Source of the DNA: Nitrososphaerales archaeon
GTDB taxonomy: Archaea; Thermoproteota; Nitrososphaeria_A; Caldarchaeales; Wolframiiraptoraceae
Assembly (NCBI GenBank): GCA_023269855.1
Contig: JAGDWP010000085.1
Span: 2,991-66,990 of the forward strand
Reading direction: 5' to 3'
DNA length: 64,000 bases
Shown piece by piece: positions 39,608-48,112 of this stretch (its first letter is position 1; each line of letters opens with the position of its first letter). Both the position numbers and the translations under genes were made by a program. The notes beneath the pieces are model-generated. The model made no database searches. It saw only the letters and a list, made by a program, of their open reading frames with translations, and was not told the origin of the DNA.

Positions 39608-40306
39608 CTATTTTATGCCGATTAATTTCTGTATCTCGGGAGGGATTCGGATCTCTGAGAAACATATTCCGCAAACATATAAGTCTCCAGAGATCTTTTG
39701 ACTCAATGTCAAGGGTGCACTACATACTGGGCATGACTTACTTGGTTCTTCTGGAGTAAATATCTGTTTACCGCATGCTTCACATTTAGTAGAGCCTACA
39801 GGGTTAAGTTTCCCACAATGAGGGCAAACCATATCTGTTGCCTTCGAGATAACTTCAATCATGGGCTTCTTTTCTTCTACAGCTTTTTCTCCTACAGGTT
39901 TCTCAACAGTCTCAATTATCTGTTCTATCTCTTTCTCAATCTCTTCAACTATGTTTTCACCTTTCGGTTTAAGAGGCGTAACCGTTTTCTCTATGGAGGG
40001 CTTCAAAATCTCTTTTTTTGGAGCAGGTCTTCTAATAATCGAGGCTGGACGAGTGTACGAATATTCGCCAGCAGGTATAGTTATCCCCGTTCTTACAGCT
40101 CTAATATAGATGAGTAGACCGACACCGCTTACTGCTGCACCTATAATTATAATGTATAGTAGATATGTGAGACCTACGTAGGATGTATCAAGGAATATTC
40201 TAACGGGATCATTTATTGGAAGAAAAGTGTAGTAAAAGACTATTCCAAGTATTAATCCTACACCTATGAAACTTAAGAGCATACCTGTTAACATTAAGGG
40301 GGTCAT
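39608..40306 (-). CDS. Membrane protein with C-terminal double zinc ribbon
   Basis: 232 aa. Two N-terminal TM segments and a Glu/Lys/Pro linker. The zinc ribbon reads CPHCGK..CEACG and CPVC..CGIC. Confidence 0.5.
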   Translation of the reverse strand: MTPLMLTGMLLSFIGVGLILGIVFYYTFLPINDPVRIFLDTSYVGLTYLLYIIIIGAAVSGVGLLIYIRAVRTGITIPAGEYSYTRPASIIRRPAPKKEILKPSIEKTVTPLKPKGENIVEEIEKEIEQIIETVEKPVGEKAVEEKKPMIEVISKATDMVCPHCGKLNPVGSTKCEACGKQIFTPEEPSKSCPVCSAPLTLSQKISGDLYVCGICFSEIRIPPEIQKLIGIK

Positions 40307-40335
40307 CTAGTAGCACCTTTTAACAAAATCATGTG

Positions 40336-41238
40336 TTAGGCTGTATTAAAGATTTCCTTTAAGACTTCATCGATAAAATCTTGATACTTCCTCGGTATGT
40401 TCTCGATATTCCATCTCCTCTTAAAATATCTGATTAAGTTAGTTAAATCCCTCTTCAAATAAATATTAGCCATGGGATGATCTCTCCAAATCCATTGAGG
40501 CCAATCAATCAGAATTATATCTTCAGATGGAGTAACAAGTATGTTGTAAACGCTTAAATCACTATGAACTATTCCTACTTCATATGCTCTAACAATATTG
40601 TCAAGGATCCTCGTTAAGATTTTTAGAGGATTACCAATATATTGTGCTGAAGGAATCTCTACCCCCCTAAATATTTTCGTTACAACAATATGTCTATCTC
40701 TAGCGATGGGTTCAGGTGTTGAGACACCTTTAGGGTTAAGAATTTTCAGAGCTTCAAATTCTTTTTCCGCAGCTACTATTGACGCATAAAGATATGAATG
40801 GTATTGGTGAAGAGTAGGTCTCTTCTTTTCGTACCCTCGGAAGCTTGTTCTACCTATCCTAAAGAATTTAATTGCGAGCTCTTGACCGCTTGGCGATAAT
40901 CCTTCATAAACATCTGCTTCTTTCCCGACCCCCAATGGTTTTCCAATACTTTCAATAATGTTTCTCCTAACAAGATTTCTTAACGCAAGTAGATCTAAGC
41001 CATTATAATTCAATACGTATCCTTTCCGCTTTCCTCTAGGACACCACACGAGTTTATAGTAATTTAGTTTTTTCAATAATTTTTCAACACTTGACTTATC
41101 TAGTCCAGATTGTTTTTCAATTATTTCTATAGGGATTATTTCATATTTTTTAAGATTCTTCTCTATTATCCTCAGGATCTTGAAATGGTCTTCATCAAGG
41201 TTCCTGAAGACATTTCTAAGAACTTGGAAGAGTGACAT
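40336..41238 (-). CDS. rio2: RIO-type serine/threonine kinase, Rio2-like (N-terminal wHTH)
   Basis: 300 aa. Motifs GVGKEADVY, LAIKFFR, HSDLSVYNILV and IDWPQ. Confidence 0.85.
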   Translation of the reverse strand: MSLFQVLRNVFRNLDEDHFKILRIIEKNLKKYEIIPIEIIEKQSGLDKSSVEKLLKKLNYYKLVWCPRGKRKGYVLNYNGLDLLALRNLVRRNIIESIGKPLGVGKEADVYEGLSPSGQELAIKFFRIGRTSFRGYEKKRPTLHQYHSYLYASIVAAEKEFEALKILNPKGVSTPEPIARDRHIVVTKIFRGVEIPSAQYIGNPLKILTRILDNIVRAYEVGIVHSDLSVYNILVTPSEDIILIDWPQWIWRDHPMANIYLKRDLTNLIRYFKRRWNIENIPRKYQDFIDEVLKEIFNTA

Positions 41239-44200
41239 CTACAATTTCCTCACACCTATCTTTACTATGTCTCCTTCGATCTCCCACTCTCTCACATATC
41301 CTCCAGCTTCTCCCTCAAGCATAATCTTAAGCTCTTGGCTTCTCGTTTCTTCTTTTATCAATTCGCTTGTAAGTTTAAGGTATTCTCTCCATTCATTGTC
41401 GGGAACCACTATATCTACAGATACGTAATCAGTAATCTGTAGATTAATTTCTTTCCTCATTGTCTGTATTCTTCTAATTACTTCTCTGGCTAGAGACAGA
41501 GCTACCAAGTCTTTCGTCTCCGTAACATCTAGATATATTACTGCAAATCTACCATCTTCTTTACGTATGTTCTCAGGGAAGACTTCCTCAAATTCAACAT
41601 CGTTGCTTTCAATCTTAATCAATGTACCATCTCTGAGCATTAACTCGTATGCTCCATTATTTTCAATCTCTTCCTTCAATTTTTCAGCATCAATAACTTC
41701 TATTCTCTCAACTATCTCCTTTATCTTCTTTCCATATTTTGGTCCGAGTACGTTATATAATGGCTTAGCAACGTATCTTACTCCCGGGTATTTCTCTCCA
41801 ACGTTTAGTATGTGAATTTCGATTGTGTTAAGATGCATCTTGAGGAATTCTCTAAAATTCTCAAGAGCTTTCTTGACTTTGAGACTATTCGGAGATAGAT
41901 AGTATGCTTTTACAGGCCATCTAAGTTTCTTACCGGTTTTTTGTCTTAAAGCTAGTGCATCGGAAAGTGTTTGACGAATTATCTCCATTGAGTCTTCTAA
42001 TTCATCATCTATCCATTCTTCATCGGGTCTAGGCCACTTCGCCATATGTACGCTTTCATAGTCTTCGCTCATCCTTAATTGTTGGTAAAGCTTCTCAGCT
42101 ATGTAGGGTGTCATAGGAGCCATCAATAATATTAGCTTCTTTAAAACGTAGTAGAGAGTAGCATATACTGTGAGCTTATCCCATGTCTGTTCTTCAACCC
42201 ACACTCTCCTCCTAATCGACCGAATATACAGTCTACTCAAGTCTTCGATAATGAATTCTCTTAAAGCTCTCGCAGCTGAATGGATCTCTAGCTCCTCAAG
42301 ATTCCTAGTAACCATCTTTGTCAGACTATTTATTCTAGAAAGTATCCATCTATCTTCAAGCCTCATATGTTTCTCAACTTTATACACATCAATTTCTTCT
42401 GGTCTAAAATTGTCTAACTCGAAATAGGTTGTAGCAAATGAGAAAACGTTCCACAGTATATTTAGTTCTTGGGTTATCTGTTCTGCTTCTTTTGGGACGA
42501 AGTTCATGTTATCCCAAGGAGCTGATTTAGAGATTAAGTAGAGTCTTAACGGGTCCGCACCAAATCTATCCATGGCCTCCACTGCCCAGATCACGTTTCC
42601 TTTACTCTTCGACATTTTTTTACCTTCCGCATCCATAACATGTCCTTGATTCAACACAGTCTTGTAGGGTGCTTTCTCATAGAGGAGGCAGGAAGTAAAT
42701 ATTAATGTGTAGAACCATCCTCTAGTTTGATCTATGGCTTCTGTTATGAAGTCGTAGGGGAATAACTTCTTGAATAGTTCCTGGTTTGATAATGCGTCTA
42801 TGCTTGCCGTGTGAGCCATCCCTGAATCTAGCCATGTATCCATTACGAAGATATCTCTCTTCATATATCCACTACATCTTGGACACTTAAACATTACTTG
42901 ATCCACCCATGGTCTGAGAAGTCTTATCTCAGCCGGCTTGACTTCTGCTTTTAACAGTTCCTCTTTAGACCCTACTACTTTCTTTTCCCCACATTTTGTG
43001 CAGACCCAGATAGGTAGAGGTGTCCCCCAAACTTTCGTTCTACTTATACACCAGTCTTCAGCATTCTCTAACCAGTCACCGAATCTATGATAGCCAGCCC
43101 ATGCAGGCTTCCATACAACTTTCTTGTTTTCTCTAATCATTATCTCTTTTATTCTATCTACTTTTATGAACCATTGTCGGCTTGATAAGTAGAGAAGTGG
43201 AGAACCGCATCTCCAACAATGTGGATAATTATGGAGTATCTTTCCTTCCCATATTAGTAGTTCCTTCTCTTTTAGGTATTCGATTATCTTTCTTCCAGCT
43301 TCACTATAGAATAGACCTGACAGTTCGCCTCCATCAGCTGTAAAATATCCAGAAGTTGATACCGGGTTGAAGATGGGTAGCCCGAGTCTTAATCCAGCCT
43401 CAAAGTCTTCAGGACCGTGTGCAGGAGCTGTATGCACGCATCCAGTTCCTTCTTCCATTGTAACGAATTCAGCGGCTATCAATGTGTGAGCTGGAGGTTT
43501 ATGCTCTAAGTGTTTAGGTACTTTCTCTATTAGTGGATGTTTATATCGGAGACCGACAATTGCTGATCCTTTAAACCTACCTAAGACTTGATAATTACCT
43601 ATCCCAACTTCGCTCGCGAATCTCTCAAGTAATTTTTCTGCTAAAATCCATTCTTCATTACCTACTCTTATCTTTACATAGTATTCTTCAGGGTGGATAG
43701 CTACAGCTTCATTTCCGGCTAGAGTCCATGGTGTAGTAGTCCATATCACTATGTATAGGTTCGGAGAATCTTCTAATGGGAATTTTACGTATATTGAGGG
43801 ATCTTCAACTTCCTCATATCCTTGCGCTACTTCATGGCTACTTAAAGGGGTTTCACATCTTGGACAATATGGGACAACCTTGAAACTTTCAATGAGATCT
43901 CCCTTCTCATATGCTTGCTTAATGAACCACCATACATGCTCTATATACTTCTCCTTTCTCGTTTCATAAGCATTATCATAATCTAGCCAAACTGCAAGTC
44001 TTTCAGAAGCTTCTCTCCAATGCTTTATGTAGTAATCAACTAGCTTGTTTGCTTCTTCAACAAATCTATCTAACCCATAGTTTTCTACATCTTTCTTACT
44101 TGTGAATCCAAGCTTTTTCTCAACTTCCAGCTCAGTCGGCAGACCGAGGCAATCCCATCCTCCTCTCCTCCATACATCTAGACCCTTCATTCCATGAAAT

Positions 44201-44403
44201 CTCAAGATCATATCTTTGTAGACTCTACCACGGGCATGACCTACATGCATGTAACCGTTAGCGGTTGGAGGACCTTCAAGGAAAGCAAAAATGGGTGCAC
44301 CTTTATTCATTTGGAAAACTTTCTCGATTATTCTATTATCCCTCCACCATCTACTTATTTCTTCTTCTACTTCCCTAGGATTGTATCTACCCGTCAAAGC
44401 CAT
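41239..44403 (-). CDS. ileS: Isoleucyl-tRNA synthetase
   Basis: 1054 aa. HIGH-type PPTANGYMHVGH, KMSKSKGN, and Cys clusters. Confidence 0.95.
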   Translation of the reverse strand: MALTGRYNPREVEEEISRWWRDNRIIEKVFQMNKGAPIFAFLEGPPTANGYMHVGHARGRVYKDMILRFHGMKGLDVWRRGGWDCLGLPTELEVEKKLGFTSKKDVENYGLDRFVEEANKLVDYYIKHWREASERLAVWLDYDNAYETRKEKYIEHVWWFIKQAYEKGDLIESFKVVPYCPRCETPLSSHEVAQGYEEVEDPSIYVKFPLEDSPNLYIVIWTTTPWTLAGNEAVAIHPEEYYVKIRVGNEEWILAEKLLERFASEVGIGNYQVLGRFKGSAIVGLRYKHPLIEKVPKHLEHKPPAHTLIAAEFVTMEEGTGCVHTAPAHGPEDFEAGLRLGLPIFNPVSTSGYFTADGGELSGLFYSEAGRKIIEYLKEKELLIWEGKILHNYPHCWRCGSPLLYLSSRQWFIKVDRIKEIMIRENKKVVWKPAWAGYHRFGDWLENAEDWCISRTKVWGTPLPIWVCTKCGEKKVVGSKEELLKAEVKPAEIRLLRPWVDQVMFKCPRCSGYMKRDIFVMDTWLDSGMAHTASIDALSNQELFKKLFPYDFITEAIDQTRGWFYTLIFTSCLLYEKAPYKTVLNQGHVMDAEGKKMSKSKGNVIWAVEAMDRFGADPLRLYLISKSAPWDNMNFVPKEAEQITQELNILWNVFSFATTYFELDNFRPEEIDVYKVEKHMRLEDRWILSRINSLTKMVTRNLEELEIHSAARALREFIIEDLSRLYIRSIRRRVWVEEQTWDKLTVYATLYYVLKKLILLMAPMTPYIAEKLYQQLRMSEDYESVHMAKWPRPDEEWIDDELEDSMEIIRQTLSDALALRQKTGKKLRWPVKAYYLSPNSLKVKKALENFREFLKMHLNTIEIHILNVGEKYPGVRYVAKPLYNVLGPKYGKKIKEIVERIEVIDAEKLKEEIENNGAYELMLRDGTLIKIESNDVEFEEVFPENIRKEDGRFAVIYLDVTETKDLVALSLAREVIRRIQTMRKEINLQITDYVSVDIVVPDNEWREYLKLTSELIKEETRSQELKIMLEGEAGGYVREWEIEGDIVKIGVRKL

Positions 44404-44545
44404 TCTCCATCACTCTCTCTAACTACTATAAGTATATAGTATATTCTATCAATAAACCATTGTGGAGTTAAAACTAGTGAATTTGGTGGAGCATCATCCA
44501 CGTTTATGCAGAATTCGACGAGAATTTAAATATTATTTTGAAATG

Positions 44546-45343
44546 CTACATTATTGCTTCATCTAAGTATTTTCCACATTGGCATCCTCTCTTCTCAGGT
44601 ATTCTCGGAATAACCTTCTCCAGAAGCTTCCTAACTTTTTCAACATTCTCCTTCATAGTCTTCACTACTTCTTCAGCGCTTACAGGTCTCTCAGCCCATA
44701 CATCATAGTCTGTTATCATAGCTATAGTTAGATAGCACATTCTTACCTCTCTAGCTAGGTTAACTTCAGGGATGAGAGTCATACCTATTATGTGAGCTCC
44801 CCAACTTCTATAGAGTCTCGACTCAGCTCTAGTAGAGAATCTTGGCCCCTGGATACAGATATATGTTCCACCTTTATGTATGGGTAGGTTTAGAGAGATG
44901 GCTGTATCATAGACTATGTCTGTCAATTCGGGACAGAATGGGTCAGCCATACTTATATGTGCTACTTGACCGCCGTCATAGAAAGTACCAGGTCGACCCC
45001 AAGTCCTATCAATATACTGGTCTGGGAGAACGAGTTCTCCCGGTTTAAACTCTTCTTGGAGACTGCCTACAGCGCTTGGAGCAAGGATCCTTTCTACTTC
45101 AAGTTCTTTGAGAGCCCAGATATTCGCTCTGTAGTTTATAGCATGTGGCGGTATAGTGTGTCCTTCACCATGTCTTGGAATGAATGCTATCCTTATCCCA
45201 GAGTATTCACCTATAGTTATATGGGAGCTGGGAGAACCGTATGGTGTGTAAACCTTTATCTTCTGAGCATTCTTTAGAAGACCTGGATCGTATATTCCTG
45301 AACCCCCAATTAATCCTATTCTACATTTCCTATATTCAACCAT
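44546..45343 (-). CDS. mtnP: 5'-methylthioadenosine phosphorylase
   Basis: 265 aa. Motifs GLIGGSGIYD, FIPRHGEGH and IGMT. Confidence 0.9.
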   Translation of the reverse strand: MVEYRKCRIGLIGGSGIYDPGLLKNAQKIKVYTPYGSPSSHITIGEYSGIRIAFIPRHGEGHTIPPHAINYRANIWALKELEVERILAPSAVGSLQEEFKPGELVLPDQYIDRTWGRPGTFYDGGQVAHISMADPFCPELTDIVYDTAISLNLPIHKGGTYICIQGPRFSTRAESRLYRSWGAHIIGMTLIPEVNLAREVRMCYLTIAMITDYDVWAERPVSAEEVVKTMKENVEKVRKLLEKVIPRIPEKRGCQCGKYLDEAIM

Positions 45344-45403
45344 GATAGCTCACAGATTACTGTGAAATCGCTTTTAGATAAATATAAATATTATAGAGCA
45401 TGA

Positions 45404-46189
45404 TTACATAATTTTAACAATTTCCTTGAAAGACATTTTTGTAAACCCTCTAATTTCTTCACCCCTAGCAGTAGTGTTGTATAACTTTTTATCCGACTTT
45501 GAAGAATAGATTTCAAGAAGCTTCTTTCCAATAGAGAGCTTTTTCTTCTTAACTCTAAGCCATTCCTCATCAAACTCCTTCATAGCTTTAGAATATTCTC
45601 CAACCGTGTCTCCGAAATCCATTCCGGCTAAGATAATTACGTTGAATCCTAAAGTATCGGCTAGGAATACGGCTCTATCACCATCTGTAAAACCTCCGAA
45701 ATTGTAGAGAAGACCGAAAGGCTTACACTGTGTCGTTCCCAGTATTCTACCATGAAGCAATGGTACGATCTTCTCTATCTTGCCTATATTGTCTCCATGC
45801 GCGTGAACCACCATCCCTAAACAATTCTTCGATGCTTCTATCAATATATCATCACCTCCGTCAAGGTCTGTCACAACTACATCAAACTTCAATCCCTTCT
45901 CCATAAATGCTCTAGCTACCCCATCCGCAACTATAACAGTCACTCTATCAGCTATTCTTGAGTCAACAAAGTCTACAATATCCGATTTTAGTGATGGCCC
46001 TGCTCCAAAAACTACTGCGATCCTTTTACCTTTAATTCTCTCTTTTAATTCTTCTAGTGTCATAGCTTTTCCAACTAATAGTTTGTTTAATAGATGTGCT
46101 GATAAATGGTCCTGTTCTACTGAGTATCCCATCTCTTTTACAATTTCAAGATACAGTGGCTGCCATTCTTCCCAGTTCAAACTCATCAT
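45404..46189 (-). CDS. mptE: 6-hydroxymethyl-7,8-dihydropterin pyrophosphokinase, MptE-like (DUF115)
   Basis: 261 aa. Motifs VVFGAGPSL, VIVADG, VVTDLDG and HAHGDN. Confidence 0.7.
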   Translation of the reverse strand: MMSLNWEEWQPLYLEIVKEMGYSVEQDHLSAHLLNKLLVGKAMTLEELKERIKGKRIAVVFGAGPSLKSDIVDFVDSRIADRVTVIVADGVARAFMEKGLKFDVVVTDLDGGDDILIEASKNCLGMVVHAHGDNIGKIEKIVPLLHGRILGTTQCKPFGLLYNFGGFTDGDRAVFLADTLGFNVIILAGMDFGDTVGEYSKAMKEFDEEWLRVKKKKLSIGKKLLEIYSSKSDKKLYNTTARGEEIRGFTKMSFKEIVKIM

Positions 46190-46192
46190 CCC

Positions 46193-47068
46193 TTATTCTT
46201 CAAGAAGTGATCTCGCTTCACCTACACTTATCTTAGTATAGGCTCTAATGTTTTGAGGATGAATACTCTCAATACTTTCCACTTCAACATAGATTCTTGA
46301 ATTGTCTGGGAGGTTACTCCACTTCTCGATTACTTTCTTAACCACTTCTCTTAACGTATCCTCAACAAACTTCGCTGACTCTAATGAATCTGCTACTACT
46401 TTCGCTTCATCAATTCTCTTCAGGTAGGAATACAGAGGAGAACTGAAAGAAGACTTAACGATATTCAATAAATCTAATATGTTTATTTCAACGTCTTCTG
46501 GATGCTGGATAAAGACTCTAACTCTAGTTCTCTGCATGTGTGTAGTATCTATTCCTGGATAAAGGGTTTTTATAACCTCTCTTGCACAGGGACATGACGT
46601 TAATCCTTCAGACTCGACTCCTATAAACTGCAGCATCTCAATTTTTTCCGACTTTTTAGATGCTCTCACTTTTACGTAGATTTTGAATGGCTCATATGAC
46701 TTAGACTTAGTGATTGGAGATTCAGCTTTATAGTATGCTTCTAGCTCAGCATCAACATATGCTTTACTAGACTCAGGATTTTCTTCAAGAAGCTTTTTCG
46801 CAATCTCTCTCCCTAAATCATCCAATTTCACTGTCTTTTCTGAATAATCTTTTATTGTCTCTAAGATAGCTTGATACAGTCTGGAGATATGTATCCCTCG
46901 TTTATTCTTAGATAAATCTATGTAGACATCGAATCTTGGGATAAGGATTAAGTCTAGTCCGCCCAAGATTATCCTGCCAGCCGGTATCTTGATGTTTTTG
47001 AATCCCACCATATCTATAGGAATAGGGACGTTGGCTTCCCAGTCTTGAACGTCTGGAATGTTAACCAT
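46193..47068 (-). CDS. mptA: GTP cyclohydrolase MptA/FolE2 type
   Basis: 291 aa. N-terminal PDVQ...IPIDMVG and the Cys pair TSCPCA. Confidence 0.7.
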   Translation of the reverse strand: MVNIPDVQDWEANVPIPIDMVGFKNIKIPAGRIILGGLDLILIPRFDVYIDLSKNKRGIHISRLYQAILETIKDYSEKTVKLDDLGREIAKKLLEENPESSKAYVDAELEAYYKAESPITKSKSYEPFKIYVKVRASKKSEKIEMLQFIGVESEGLTSCPCAREVIKTLYPGIDTTHMQRTRVRVFIQHPEDVEINILDLLNIVKSSFSSPLYSYLKRIDEAKVVADSLESAKFVEDTLREVVKKVIEKWSNLPDNSRIYVEVESIESIHPQNIRAYTKISVGEARSLLEE

Positions 47069-47122
47069 TTTTCACATATTATCTATAGCTCCTAATAATA
47101 AATTAATCGTGGAAACAAAAAG

Positions 47123-48079
47123 ATGAATATTGAGATTACTATAGGTAAGACGAGGTGTGTTGATTTGAAGATTAAGATCAATGCTGGCTCGAGAATTCAC
47201 CTAGGATTCATTGATCCTTTAGGGGTTTCAGGGCGTAGATGGGGTTCCCTTGGATTATATCTTAATGAGCCAAGATTGTCTATAATATGTGAGGAGTCTG
47301 ACTATATTGATGTTCATGGACCTGAGTGGTTAAAAGACATAGTTAACAGAGTCTCTAAGAGCCTAGAGATAAAAGGATTGAAAGTTAAATGCGAAGAATA
47401 TATCCCTAGGCATGTAGGGCTTGGGTCAGGTACTCAAACCATTCTCTCAATAGGTTTAGCGGCCTCCAAACTTTACGGACTAGACCTATCACTAGAAGAT
47501 ATTGCATTGATGTTCAGTAGATGTAAGAGGTCTGGAGCAGGTTACTGGCTTTTCCAGAAGGGAGGATTAACCATAGACTCTGGGGCGGCTTCTCCTTTAA
47601 AACCTCCAACTCTCTTATTCCGGTTAGATTTCCCAAAAGAATGGAAAGTCTTGTTAGCTATTCCAAATAGTGAAGGGTTAGGATTACTAGGTCAAGCCGA
47701 AGAAGAAGGTTTTAAGAAGCTTAGTACTAGACCCGTTAAAGATGCTTCATTAACTATTTTAATGAAGCTGCTTCCATCCTTAATTGAGAAAGATTTTACT
47801 AGGTTTACTGAGTCAATAGAAGAACTCGATTTTCTTACATCAAGCTTCTTTAAGGAGATTCAGTCTGGAGCTTACCATCCAGTATCAGAGAGAGTAGTAG
47901 AATTATTTAGGAAGTCGGGGTTACGGGGCATCGGTCAAAGCTCCTGGGGGCCGACCATCTATAGTTTCATAAGAGAAGATGAAGTCGAGTCCTTAACGAG
48001 TAGGATCAAGCCTGTCGAGGGGTTCAGATATGTTCTCACGAGTGCACGAAATTATGGAGCCGAGATCACGGAGTTATAG
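47123..48079 (+). CDS. mptG: Beta-ribofuranosylaminobenzene 5'-phosphate synthase (GHMP-kinase fold)
   Basis: 318 aa. Motifs RIHLGFIDP..GRRWGSLG and GLGSGTQ. Confidence 0.7.
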   Translation: MNIEITIGKTRCVDLKIKINAGSRIHLGFIDPLGVSGRRWGSLGLYLNEPRLSIICEESDYIDVHGPEWLKDIVNRVSKSLEIKGLKVKCEEYIPRHVGLGSGTQTILSIGLAASKLYGLDLSLEDIALMFSRCKRSGAGYWLFQKGGLTIDSGAASPLKPPTLLFRLDFPKEWKVLLAIPNSEGLGLLGQAEEEGFKKLSTRPVKDASLTILMKLLPSLIEKDFTRFTESIEELDFLTSSFFKEIQSGAYHPVSERVVELFRKSGLRGIGQSSWGPTIYSFIREDEVESLTSRIKPVEGFRYVLTSARNYGAEITEL

Positions 48080-48112
48080 ATAAAAAAATAGTTAGGAAAT
48101 TGTTTTGAATTA

